Program-made: the position numbers and the translations under genes | IMG/VR virus record: IMGVR_UViG_3300029611_000001 | Span: 89,067-137,831 of that record | Strand: one strand, 5' to 3' | Source: a virus | Lineage: Duplodnaviria; Heunggongvirae; Uroviricota; Caudoviricetes | DNA: 48,765 nt | In this document: positions 37,061 through 47,348 of the stretch, in pieces | How the letters are laid out: each line of letters starts with the position of its first letter | Numbering within the stretch: the first letter of the stretch is position 1 | The notes under the pieces: generated by a model | Database searches by the model: none | Seen by the model: only the letters and a program-made list of their open reading frames with translations | Told to the model about the DNA's origin: nothing

Positions 37061-40000
37061 AACAAAAATAACGACAATCGTTGGAAAAGAGGCTTTTAGA
37101 CAGCTTGAAAAACTCGATGATTTAATAGGGAAGGCAAACGATTCGTATTTGATTGCGGCAAGAAATATGGCTAAGGGGTTGTCTTTTGAGCCTAAAAACA
37201 TGTCCGAGTTGATTGAAAAGAATAATCAGTACATGGCTTCCCTAAAAGAGATACAGAAAGCTGAAACTGAAATTAATCGATTACGTCAAGAGAAGAACAA
37301 GGTAATACAGGAAGGGGTTAACGAAGTAATGGCCCAGATCAAAGCCGATCAAGAGGCGGCACGTATAGCTAAGGAAAAAGCCAAATTGGAAAAAGAGCAG
37401 TCGAAAGTATCAAGAGAACTTGCTGCTACAGAAAAGATTAGAAAGAAAACTTCAGAAGATCTAAGTAGGGCTAAACTGGCTGAAGAACGAGCAACAATGG
37501 CAGCATCTAAGGCGGATAAATTACATGCTCAAAATGTGCAGTTGACTTCTGATCAGGTTGAAAACCTAATTTTAAAACTTGACACAGCAAATCTTTCTTA
37601 CAAAGAGCAAGCTCGCATATTAAGTCAATTGAAGGATTATTCCAGAACTCAAGTTGGTGGTATAGATGCAGTTAACCCCAAAGTGCTTGAGAATATCCAG
37701 AAATTGGATAAACTATTGAAAGAGCAAGATGCTAAAATGGGGGTATATGGCCGAAATGTAGGTAACTATGCTTCTCATTGGGATGGATTAGGAAATGCAA
37801 TCAACCGGTTAAGTCAAGAAATGCCTGCATTTGCAGTATCTATGCAGACAGGATTGCTTGCGATCAGCAATAACTTGCCTACTCTAGCTGATGAAATAGC
37901 CAGGATACGACGTGAGAATGTCGAATTAACAAAAAACGGTCAAAAAGCAGTGCCGGTATGGAGGCAGGTCGCTGGGAGTTTGGTTTCATGGCAAACATTG
38001 TTGTCTGTAGGTGTTACGCTGCTGACTGTATATGGAGATAAAATATTTGATTTTGCTGCTAATCTATTTAAAAGCAAGGATGCTTCAAAGGCTGCATCTG
38101 ATGCATTGGAAGACCTTAATTCAACAAGTGGTAAGTTTTTCGATGAGTTGAAAAATTCAGCATCCACCTATGGACAGAATGTTGTTTCCATTAAGAAGCT
38201 ACAGGATGAATGGAATAGTCTGGGAGATAATCTTGATAAGAAGAAGCAATTTATCATTGACAATGAGTCTGAGTTTAAAAAATTGGATGTTTCTATTTCT
38301 AATGTGAATGAGGCAGAGAATTTTTTAGTTAATAATACTGACGCATTTCTGAAGGCGTTTGAGCAAAGAGCGAAATATACAGCTGCATCAAAATTAGCAG
38401 CAGAGAAATATGCAGAAGCGTTAGAATTAGAAGCAGAAGCAGAGATAAGAAAAAATAATCCTACCTGGTTGGATAAGCTCAATACGACCAATCCTAATAA
38501 AACGATTATTGCAACAGCATCATCCATGTCTGCATTAAATGGACAATTGGTTCTTTATAATGACTCAACAATAACAGCAAAGGATAATGCAGAAAAAGCG
38601 GCAGAAGGAATAAGAGGGCAAGCTAAGGAGGCAAAAACGGCGGCTTCCATCTATATAAATGCGATGTCAGAAGCGCTAAAAGAAGAAAATAAAACACTTG
38701 AAGATGCCGGTATTGACAAATACTCGGATAAAGAAAAGGCAAAACGTGAGGAAGAACGAGCAAAACGTGAAGCTGAACGAAGAATGAAACTCGAAATGGA
38801 AGCCGAACGGACAATCCAGGAAGCCCGTATAAAATTAATGGATGAAGGCTATAAAAAAGAAGTTGCGACTCGTAATGCCCAATATCAAAAGGAAATAGAT
38901 GATGTAAAGACAAAAGGAGTCCGTGTCAATGAGCAGATTGCCGCAATAGAGGCCATGAGAGACAAAGAATTGTCCGATTTTAGGGAAGAATACGAGGCCA
39001 AACGTGCAATGATTGATGCGCATAATCGAATTTCCTATGCTAAAAAGGGTAGTTTGCAAGAGCTTGATGCACGGCTGGACATTCTTGAACTCCAAAAAGA
39101 GGCGGAATTGAAAGAGGCAAAAAAGACAGAAGCAAGCAAATTGGCGATAGAGAATAAGTACTTAAAACTTATAGAAGATGCTTATATGGAATTTGGTAAA
39201 GTACAACTCTCCCGTCAGCAATCTCAAAACGAGTTAGAATTGTCAGATCAGCAGATTTTCTTGAACAAAGAATTATCTATGCTTGAACAGCAATATTCTA
39301 AAGGAATAATCAAGAAAGAAGCCTACGAAAAGAAGAAAGCAGATTTGCAATATCAATATGCAGTTCAAGCCCTGCAACAGGAAATTGATCTGCTAGAGAA
39401 GAGTTTGTACCTGTTTTCTGGAGACGAACGCTTGGAAATGGAGAAAAAAATAGCCCAATTAAGGGTCCAGCTATCAAAAGAAACCACTGATAAAATAAAT
39501 GCAGATGCAGAAAAAGAACTAAAAGAAAGGCAAAAGGTAGAGGAAGCAAAAAAGAAGTTGATTCAAGAAGCTGTAAATGCCATAGCAGAAATAGGATCTT
39601 CTATGTTTGACCGTAGAATACAAGAAATAGAAGCTGAGATTGACGCTAATCAAGAGGCTTATGATAAGAAGGTTGAAGAAATTGATGCTTTGGCCGAAAA
39701 AGATGTTATTACAAAAGAGGAAGCAGAAGCCCGTAAGCGCGTAGCAGAGGAACAATCGTCTGCAAGAAACGCCGAACTTGAAAAGAAAAAGGCTGATTTG
39801 CAAACAAGACAGGCACGATTTCAGAAAACAATAGATATTGCTCAAACTATAGCATCCACTGCGCAAGCTATAATGACCGTATATAAACAACTTGGAATAT
39901 TTGCAGGCCCTATGGCTGCGCTTGTTGCTGCAACGGGTGCTATTCAGCTTGCTACCATTATAGCCCAGCCTATCCCCAAATATGCAAAGGGTACTGATTA

Positions 40001-40367
40001 TCATCCCGGAGGTTTGGCTATTGTTGGTGATGCCGGTAAACATGAAGCTGTTATATCTGGAGGTAAAGCGTACATTACTCCTGACACGCCGACATTGATG
40101 CCTATACCTAAAGGGGCAGAAGTTTTGCCAGACATTAACGATCCTGAGTTTTATTCCCGTTTTATGGATAACAGTTATTGGTTGACTCATAACAAAGCCG
40201 GGGAACGGGTGCAGATAGTGAACCACTTTAATGCAGAAGGCATTATTCAAGCAAGCAATAAGACGAACAACGACCTAAAAAAAGAGATTCGTTCTTTGGG
40301 CAGGATCATATCTAAAGGGCAACGTAGAACAGAATACAACTCGTATAAAAACTCAAAATTGAATTGA
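37050..40367 (+). CDS. tail tape measure protein
   Basis: 1105 aa helical; GRNVGNY, hydrophobic segments, PIPKYAKGT...AIVGDAG. Confidence 0.9.
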   Translation: MANETKITTIVGKEAFRQLEKLDDLIGKANDSYLIAARNMAKGLSFEPKNMSELIEKNNQYMASLKEIQKAETEINRLRQEKNKVIQEGVNEVMAQIKADQEAARIAKEKAKLEKEQSKVSRELAATEKIRKKTSEDLSRAKLAEERATMAASKADKLHAQNVQLTSDQVENLILKLDTANLSYKEQARILSQLKDYSRTQVGGIDAVNPKVLENIQKLDKLLKEQDAKMGVYGRNVGNYASHWDGLGNAINRLSQEMPAFAVSMQTGLLAISNNLPTLADEIARIRRENVELTKNGQKAVPVWRQVAGSLVSWQTLLSVGVTLLTVYGDKIFDFAANLFKSKDASKAASDALEDLNSTSGKFFDELKNSASTYGQNVVSIKKLQDEWNSLGDNLDKKKQFIIDNESEFKKLDVSISNVNEAENFLVNNTDAFLKAFEQRAKYTAASKLAAEKYAEALELEAEAEIRKNNPTWLDKLNTTNPNKTIIATASSMSALNGQLVLYNDSTITAKDNAEKAAEGIRGQAKEAKTAASIYINAMSEALKEENKTLEDAGIDKYSDKEKAKREEERAKREAERRMKLEMEAERTIQEARIKLMDEGYKKEVATRNAQYQKEIDDVKTKGVRVNEQIAAIEAMRDKELSDFREEYEAKRAMIDAHNRISYAKKGSLQELDARLDILELQKEAELKEAKKTEASKLAIENKYLKLIEDAYMEFGKVQLSRQQSQNELELSDQQIFLNKELSMLEQQYSKGIIKKEAYEKKKADLQYQYAVQALQQEIDLLEKSLYLFSGDERLEMEKKIAQLRVQLSKETTDKINADAEKELKERQKVEEAKKKLIQEAVNAIAEIGSSMFDRRIQEIEAEIDANQEAYDKKVEEIDALAEKDVITKEEAEARKRVAEEQSSARNAELEKKKADLQTRQARFQKTIDIAQTIASTAQAIMTVYKQLGIFAGPMAALVAATGAIQLATIIAQPIPKYAKGTDYHPGGLAIVGDAGKHEAVISGGKAYITPDTPTLMPIPKGAEVLPDINDPEFYSRFMDNSYWLTHNKAGERVQIVNHFNAEGIIQASNKTNNDLKKEIRSLGRIISKGQRRTEYNSYKNSKLN

Positions 40368-40368
40368 T

Positions 40369-42339
40369 ATGATACGTGTACAGTTATTAATAGGCGGAAA
40401 GAAATACGAAGCCACCAACGATTTAGTTAATTGGGAAGATGTTGAAATATCGATAAAGAGAAAAGACTTTGGGGGTGTATATAGGACGTTTGGCGATTCA
40501 TTTGAGTTTGCCGGTGATTCTTATATGCTCTTGGAGAACGAGTTCTTGACAAACTATCTGAATGCTTCTGCTGTGATAGTCATTGGGGTATTGAATAATT
40601 CTTGGACATATAATGAGAAGATCCGGTGTAATCTTGATTTTTCTTCATATCAAAATAACGGCAACACTATATCCATAAAGGCTATAGATAACAGTGCGGA
40701 GGCTATAATCAATGCTAACAAGTCACAGGTGTATGATATCCCTGTTTCAAGTCTCAAGTCGGATGAGCTGTATTATGATCGCATGGAGCTGAACAACAAA
40801 GCGGATTTTGTTGTGATACCGACCGAAGAACAGACTGATGAAGGTATTTATAAAATAAGTTTGCCTTCCAATTTTATCTTAGGAGAATATAATTTTCCGG
40901 TTGGATATACTACAACTAATTTTCCCGTTAAAAACAAAATTGATGTTGGGGACGTTAATATAACAGCTCCAGACAATGCTAATTTTTATTCTGGGTATAT
41001 GATTAAGGCGTTAACTCGCATAAGCATACAATATCGAATGAGTTTTGATGTATATGCTACAATTACAAATGGGAATGCAAGTAAATTGCGATTGGAAATC
41101 GCCAAATATGCAAGGGTGAAAGACGGAGACAAACCTACACCTGTAATAATAGATTCTATATCCATACCTTTTAAGAGTAAAATCAGCATAGATAAGGCAT
41201 ATGATGTTGACTTAAAGGAGGGGGATAGAATTATAATGTGGATAGGTCAGGGTGATAGTTATGCCCTTTGGGAGGGAGATGTTATAATGACGGTTTCGAA
41301 TGTAAAAGAAATTAGCGTATCTTATAAAGGTAGAAACGAGCCTGTTAATTTCGATGTTTTCACCCCTAATAAATTACTCACCTCCATACTGTCCAATATG
41401 GGTCTTACCGATATGACCGGAGAAGTAAAGGAAGGTGATATTACGATACCATATATGATAGCAGCGGAAAGTATCAGAGATATCAAGAATGCAAAAGTCC
41501 ATACCTCTTTCAGTAAATTTTCAGAATGGGCAAAAGCATGTCTTGGATATTACTACAAGATAGAAGGCAAGAAGGTTATATTTTGTCATTTGACTGAATT
41601 ATATGATCCAGAGACGGTGAAAGAACTTGAGCATGTGAACGGGCTTGATATCTCAATTGACAACTCCTTGATACGCTCCGGGGTAGATGTGGGCTATGAG
41701 AAGAAAGATTATGATGAAATAAACGGTCGTGACGAATTTCATGTAAAGAACAGCTTTTCGACCGGTATTTCAATCAACGATAACATATACAAACTTATTA
41801 GCCCTTATCGTGCTGATTGTTATGGAATAGAGTTCTTGGCGCAAAAAAGAGATGAAGAAACAAAGGATGGTAGTTCGGATAATGATTTGTTTTTTGTTGA
41901 TGCTGTTTCTGTTTTGGATCCTTCTACATCTTCGATAAAGTTAAAATTAAACAGGCAAGGAGATCGGCCTTCCGGAGTATTATTTCCTTCTTCGGTATTT
42001 AATATTGCATATTCTCCAAGAAGGATGTTGCTTGCAAATAAGGATATATTATCATCTTGTACAAGCAGACTTGAGTTTACTGCTTCTGAAGGGAATGCTG
42101 ATGCGGTTTTATGGCGGGAAAGTGAAAAGTCCCCCGTTGTATTAGACAGTCGTTATTTTAGAGTTGAAACTCTTAAAGTTGAAACAATAGGGCTGTCGCC
42201 ATTTCCTGTTTTATATGATGGTCTTATATCTTTTAATTATAACGGCAAAAAGTATACCGGTTATGTTTCCGATATAACAGAGTTTCTTGGTAAGAGACAG
42301 ACAACGGAATATACTTTGATATGTAAAAATATCGATTAA
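40369..42339 (+). CDS. tail tip/baseplate protein
   Basis: 656 aa beta-rich, immediately after TMP. Confidence 0.6.
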   Translation: MIRVQLLIGGKKYEATNDLVNWEDVEISIKRKDFGGVYRTFGDSFEFAGDSYMLLENEFLTNYLNASAVIVIGVLNNSWTYNEKIRCNLDFSSYQNNGNTISIKAIDNSAEAIINANKSQVYDIPVSSLKSDELYYDRMELNNKADFVVIPTEEQTDEGIYKISLPSNFILGEYNFPVGYTTTNFPVKNKIDVGDVNITAPDNANFYSGYMIKALTRISIQYRMSFDVYATITNGNASKLRLEIAKYARVKDGDKPTPVIIDSISIPFKSKISIDKAYDVDLKEGDRIIMWIGQGDSYALWEGDVIMTVSNVKEISVSYKGRNEPVNFDVFTPNKLLTSILSNMGLTDMTGEVKEGDITIPYMIAAESIRDIKNAKVHTSFSKFSEWAKACLGYYYKIEGKKVIFCHLTELYDPETVKELEHVNGLDISIDNSLIRSGVDVGYEKKDYDEINGRDEFHVKNSFSTGISINDNIYKLISPYRADCYGIEFLAQKRDEETKDGSSDNDLFFVDAVSVLDPSTSSIKLKLNRQGDRPSGVLFPSSVFNIAYSPRRMLLANKDILSSCTSRLEFTASEGNADAVLWRESEKSPVVLDSRYFRVETLKVETIGLSPFPVLYDGLISFNYNGKKYTGYVSDITEFLGKRQTTEYTLICKNID

Positions 42340-42364
42340 TGTTGTCTTTATTCTGAATAATTGC

Positions 42365-42430
42365 TACATTTGCAAGCATAGAGCCTAAGAGCCGTATACG
42401 TAGTTAACGCTGCGTATACGGCTCTTTTTG
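42365..42430 (+). ncRNA. promoter + AGAGCC-TA-AGAGCC leader/terminator element, copy 2
   Basis: TACATTTG; AAGAGCCGTATACGTAG/CTGCGTATACGGCTCTT stem then T-run. Confidence 0.65.
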
Positions 42431-42443
42431 TTTGTATAAGCGT

Positions 42444-43343
42444 ATGATAAAAATAAGCAGTGTATCTCCTTTGATATTTGACGTTGAAAGTACAGGCTTT
42501 GAACATTCGATCGATTATGTTCAGAAGTTTGAAAGGGAGGATATGCCTATCCTTATACAGATCGTAGATGTTCCAAACAAGACATTTACCATGTTACTTG
42601 TTGATTTATATAATGGGACTTCATATCAAATATCTCCACAAAAATACGAGATTAACGATTACAACACGTTGTATGAATTTACGATAAATCCTTCAAATAA
42701 TGGGACCTATCAAGTCAGAATAACAAATGATCAGGGAGAGATATCTGTTAGTTTGCCTTTCTGTGTACATAGTTCATCATATACTCCATTTACAATGCAA
42801 ATAGAATATACAAATGCAGATAATCAACAAGCATTTGGGGCTGTATTTGATATATCAGGGAATAAACGTGTATTTAAAACACGTGTAGAAGGAGGATTTA
42901 AATCTGATAGCCGGCAATTAGCTGTTGAAAGTGAACAATTCAGAACTCAAAAGCAAGAACCTATCAATCTATATTCTGTTCCCTATGAAAAAAGGACACT
43001 TACGATTGGTGATAATGAAGGTGTCCCTTTTGAAATGGCCCGGCTTTTAAACAATATCTTTTGCTTGTCTTCTGTGAAGATTGATGGAGTGTCTTATACC
43101 AGAAGTGAATCAAGCGTACCGGAACAACAGGCTATTGCCGAGAGATATCCACAGTTCAATTATACTTTAACGGTGGAATGCTCCGAAAATGTTTCTTACA
43201 ATGGTTTTACCGAATATCCAGATGGATCTGGTATTGTTGGAGAAGTCAGTTTAAACGTTTCTAATGCTAAAGACGGTCAAGTTTTAGTCTTTGACGGAAA
43301 CGAAGGAAGTTTTGTTAACCAATCACATCTTGATTCGCTATGA
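42444..43343 (+). CDS. putative tail protein
   Basis: Position; VSNAKDGQVLVFDG fibre-type repeat at C-end. Confidence 0.55.
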   Translation: MIKISSVSPLIFDVESTGFEHSIDYVQKFEREDMPILIQIVDVPNKTFTMLLVDLYNGTSYQISPQKYEINDYNTLYEFTINPSNNGTYQVRITNDQGEISVSLPFCVHSSSYTPFTMQIEYTNADNQQAFGAVFDISGNKRVFKTRVEGGFKSDSRQLAVESEQFRTQKQEPINLYSVPYEKRTLTIGDNEGVPFEMARLLNNIFCLSSVKIDGVSYTRSESSVPEQQAIAERYPQFNYTLTVECSENVSYNGFTEYPDGSGIVGEVSLNVSNAKDGQVLVFDGNEGSFVNQSHLDSL

Positions 43344-46300
43344 GTATAAAAAAGTTAACAAAACGAATATGGTACGGGTCAGATACTACGGTAGACAGTG
43401 AAGGGAAAACTGTTGCTGCTGCTCCCCCTATTGCCACCAATGACGGTTCTGAGGATTGGGATTTGAATGGTCTTGTAAGAGGTGAGTTATATCTCAATGA
43501 TAATAAAGATGATCCTGCTTTGTTTTGTTTGGGTAGTGATAATTTACCCAAGCGAATAGGAGGTGGTACGGCTTCAGGAGGTGGAGGAATTGTAAATGTA
43601 GATGTAGACGTAAAAGAAGGAAGAGGCATTGATGTAAAAAAAGATTTGATTGGCGAAACTGTTATTTTCACGGTTTCGCATGAAAATACATCTTCAGCAG
43701 TTTCAACATCTAATTTTGACGATTTATTTGTCCAAAATATCGGTGTTGATGATTTTGGACATGTAACATCTGTAGAAAGTGCAAGGCTGGCGACTTATCT
43801 TGATGAGCGATATCTTCGCAAAGATATCGATGATACCGCCCACGGGAATATACTTTTTGACAAGAAGATCGGCTCTTCCATTTTCATAGATGGCTGGGAA
43901 GGTAAAGGCTGGGAGATCCAGAGTACAGGTGCTGCCATATTGGACTCGCTTCGTGTGAGGAGTGATATCTATGTGGGGGGGCGTATGGGTTCTCCTTCTT
44001 TTATATCTGGTTTCCCCGAAGGTACAGGATGGGATTTATCCCCTTATACGATAACTAATTCCGCAGGAGTAAAAGAAACCAGATATCGCCTTGAAATAGA
44101 TGATATTGTAGCCAGAAAAAGTGCTCGTTTCTATGAGATGATCATATCTCAATTGAGAGGCGAGAATGATAATGTTATATTTTCCGGCCAAATGAAGGTT
44201 GCCTATTATGATTCGGCAGCCAGACGTCTTTATTTAGACACAGAACTTGGTATTTTATACAATCCTTTTAGGCCGGGTGACTTATTGGAAGTACAACGTT
44301 ATAACGGAATACCCTCCTCTGACAATAACTATTATATTACGAAACAGTATGAACTTCAAGTAGAAGAAGTTGGTATTGGATCGCTTGCCGATGGAGAAGA
44401 TAGATTGGATTGGATTACATTTAAAAATTTTGTTGGAAATCTGTCCCAAATCGCAGAAGGAGATGTTTTGACTCGTGTAGACTCCGCTACGGATTCAACA
44501 AGGAAAGGTATAGTCAAAATAACAACTATAGATGAACTTGGAACTCCTCATATAAGTGCCATATATGGCATGAAAACGAATCCAAACGATAGCCTTTTAG
44601 CTCGTTTGGGAAATTGTGCTGGCGTGAGGACAAAGAATGGCATACAATTGACCGAGCAAGTAGGTTTATATGCCCGTGGAGCTTTTTTTGAAAATTCAAC
44701 TATTGTTTTACAAAACGGAGATACCATTGAGCAGACCTTTATTGCCATGAACGGCAAGTTTGAAAGCCTTATTGATAGTATCCGTAACGACATATCCGCA
44801 GAAGGTGGTAACATCCTTGTAAACTCTTCTTTCCGCCAGAATACAAACTATTGGACAGCCGCAAATAACGTTCACTTTATCAACGTAGGTGGAGAATATC
44901 TTTGGCTGGACGGTAGCTTCTATGTAGAAAAGGATCAAGTTGCCGATATTTATAATGACAACGGTCAAAACGTTCTGCGAATAAGGAACACGTATATCCT
45001 TCAGCAGAATGCTATAATGAATATCCCGGATCACACGGAAGAAGAAGAAAAAACGTATTCTTTCTCTTTGTTCTATAAGGTGCTCCGTCCCGGTTCTTGC
45101 GGTTTCGGTGTCCCGGGAACCGAGTTGTATCATGAAGAACAGCTACCGGAAAGCGACAGCTATCAAAAGCTGTCTAAGGTCGGGAAATGGAACGGGAAAG
45201 GTGATTTTGAACTGAGATTCACCGGTGAGATACTTATTTATGGTGTAGGGCTGTTTTCTGATGAGATTGCGGATGCTATTGTCAAGTTGCAGACACAGAT
45301 CGACCAGACAGACGAATACATCAAGCTGTTGGCGACAAAAGATTATGTAGATAATGAGACAGGAGAAATCTATGTGCACTTTGACAGTCAGTTGCAGATT
45401 ACCGCAGAACAGATGTCCGGTATATCTACAAAGGTGGATAATATCAACAATACGATAGAAAGTGCCGGGTGGATCACACAGGCGGATGCAGTTTCTCTGT
45501 TTGCATCGAAAAATGATTTAAAAACACTTGAAACATCGGTTGCAAACCTGTCCGTGGAGTATGATCAGATATCTTCGGCCGTAGGAACAAATACTCAAGG
45601 CATAAAAGATGCAGCAGATTTAGCAAATAAAGCTTTTGAATGCGGTTTGTATTCACAGGAACAATATTCCCAAACAAATGATCCTTGGCAATCTTGGCCA
45701 TCAGGTCAGGAATTTAAACACGTAGGAGCATTGTGGTATAATCCGTCGACAAAAATAACAAAGCGGTATATCGGTGTAAACGGAACGCAGTCATGGGAAA
45801 CGGTTAACGACAATGCTGTATCGGCTGCATCTTTTGTCTTGCAAAATAAAGATAAATGGCGGGTTGTCGTTGCTAATTTTGATGCCGACGGTAATCCTAC
45901 GGAAGAATCCGGAATAATGACGACCGCTTATGGTAATAATTTATATGCCAGGAAAGATAATATTATATCATCTATAAATCAATCTCCTGAAAGTATTACA
46001 CTTGAAGCATCCAAGATAAATCTTAAAGGTGCAACTCAAATTGGATCGTTTACCATAACTGAATATGGCTGGTTTAAATGCAATTCAAGTCCGGGAGAAG
46101 ATGTTGGATATATAGATATGATAGGGGAGAATACTCGTATTGCTTTTGGGCGCAATTTAGCTCCTTCGTCGACTGGAGGTTCGTTTACTTGCACGGCTAT
46201 TATAAAGAACCATAATAAGGCCAGTTTTGGTGGAACGACATATGGGCTTTCGGTATCTGCTTCTGGGGATGCTAGCACAGATGTTAAGCCTATTGCTGTA

Positions 46301-46747
46301 GATTGTGACGGAGGACTTCGTGTCAAAGGAAATTTCGGGATCATAGAGGATGTGTTTACTGGACCTAATATTGCTCCAAGCAATAGCAGTTTTTCATCGG
46401 CTAAGAATTTGCGAAATCAAAGGACTTATATATATCAACCTACATCAGATATAACAGTCAATCTGCCGAGTGATAGCGCAATAAAATCTGAATTTGGCTA
46501 TTTTAATTCAGGACGTGCAGTTGTTGAGAACTCTGCCATTATTATCATTTTATTGGTGACAAAATGGGCTACAGGGAGAATATATGTTGCAGCTAAAGGA
46601 GGAACAAATAATAATATCATAAATGAAAATGGAGATACTATAAATGAAGCGTCTGGAAGCAATACTGGTTTCTGGATGGGTAAAGGTGATTCCGCTATTT
46701 TGATGTATTTCAATAAGAATTGGTATATAATAAATAGAAACTCATAA
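43340..46747 (+). CDS. large tail fibre/host-specificity protein
   Basis: 1135 aa; RYLRKDIDDTAHG, NILVNSSF, SSINQSPESITLEASKINLKG motifs. Confidence 0.7.
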   Translation: MSIKKLTKRIWYGSDTTVDSEGKTVAAAPPIATNDGSEDWDLNGLVRGELYLNDNKDDPALFCLGSDNLPKRIGGGTASGGGGIVNVDVDVKEGRGIDVKKDLIGETVIFTVSHENTSSAVSTSNFDDLFVQNIGVDDFGHVTSVESARLATYLDERYLRKDIDDTAHGNILFDKKIGSSIFIDGWEGKGWEIQSTGAAILDSLRVRSDIYVGGRMGSPSFISGFPEGTGWDLSPYTITNSAGVKETRYRLEIDDIVARKSARFYEMIISQLRGENDNVIFSGQMKVAYYDSAARRLYLDTELGILYNPFRPGDLLEVQRYNGIPSSDNNYYITKQYELQVEEVGIGSLADGEDRLDWITFKNFVGNLSQIAEGDVLTRVDSATDSTRKGIVKITTIDELGTPHISAIYGMKTNPNDSLLARLGNCAGVRTKNGIQLTEQVGLYARGAFFENSTIVLQNGDTIEQTFIAMNGKFESLIDSIRNDISAEGGNILVNSSFRQNTNYWTAANNVHFINVGGEYLWLDGSFYVEKDQVADIYNDNGQNVLRIRNTYILQQNAIMNIPDHTEEEEKTYSFSLFYKVLRPGSCGFGVPGTELYHEEQLPESDSYQKLSKVGKWNGKGDFELRFTGEILIYGVGLFSDEIADAIVKLQTQIDQTDEYIKLLATKDYVDNETGEIYVHFDSQLQITAEQMSGISTKVDNINNTIESAGWITQADAVSLFASKNDLKTLETSVANLSVEYDQISSAVGTNTQGIKDAADLANKAFECGLYSQEQYSQTNDPWQSWPSGQEFKHVGALWYNPSTKITKRYIGVNGTQSWETVNDNAVSAASFVLQNKDKWRVVVANFDADGNPTEESGIMTTAYGNNLYARKDNIISSINQSPESITLEASKINLKGATQIGSFTITEYGWFKCNSSPGEDVGYIDMIGENTRIAFGRNLAPSSTGGSFTCTAIIKNHNKASFGGTTYGLSVSASGDASTDVKPIAVDCDGGLRVKGNFGIIEDVFTGPNIAPSNSSFSSAKNLRNQRTYIYQPTSDITVNLPSDSAIKSEFGYFNSGRAVVENSAIIIILLVTKWATGRIYVAAKGGTNNNIINENGDTINEASGSNTGFWMGKGDSAILMYFNKNWYIINRNS

Positions 46748-46761
46748 AAAAATAAATTAAT

Positions 46762-47052
46762 ATGAAACAAGTAAATTTCAAAGAGTTAAATGTAGAAGTT
46801 GGAATTGATCAGTACCAAAATCATGATCTTCGAAAGGAGATTGGGAACGCTCTGCACCGTGCATCGGAGAGTGTCCCAATGAGTGAATTGGCACGCAATA
46901 TTTATTATTCAGAAGGGGATATCAAAATCCCTGATGAAGAATTTGACGAAATGATGAAACTCATCAAGCCGGGCTTCAAAAGATTTGTATTAGACAGCAT
47001 TGTGCGTTCAGCAACAGAAGTCGAAACAGAAACTAAAGATAAGGAGGAATAA
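46762..47052 (+). CDS. hypothetical tail-module protein
   Basis: 96-aa packed ORF. Confidence 0.7.
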   Translation: MKQVNFKELNVEVGIDQYQNHDLRKEIGNALHRASESVPMSELARNIYYSEGDIKIPDEEFDEMMKLIKPGFKRFVLDSIVRSATEVETETKDKEE

Positions 47053-47055
47053 GTT

Positions 47056-47343
47056 ATGGCACTCGAACAAGTATCATCAGTGGTCAAGAGCACATACCTG
47101 AACAATGTGGCAGGTTACGAAGTACAGTACAATATCACACAGGATGAAGGGGGAAACGTAAAGTCGGTAACGGGTACAGTCAAGAAGGCAGATGTTCGTT
47201 TCGGCTACATAATCATCAATGCAGACGGGACCAAGAATATATCATTTGACAAGTCTATACCGGATGCTGATAGCGAGGCTATATATACAGCGGCATTGGC
47301 GGATGCAAAATCAATTTTTGAACAGAGGAATAAAATAGATTAA
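47056..47343 (+). CDS. hypothetical tail-module protein
   Basis: 95-aa packed ORF. Confidence 0.7.
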   Translation: MALEQVSSVVKSTYLNNVAGYEVQYNITQDEGGNVKSVTGTVKKADVRFGYIIINADGTKNISFDKSIPDADSEAIYTAALADAKSIFEQRNKID

Positions 47344-47348
47344 CACCT

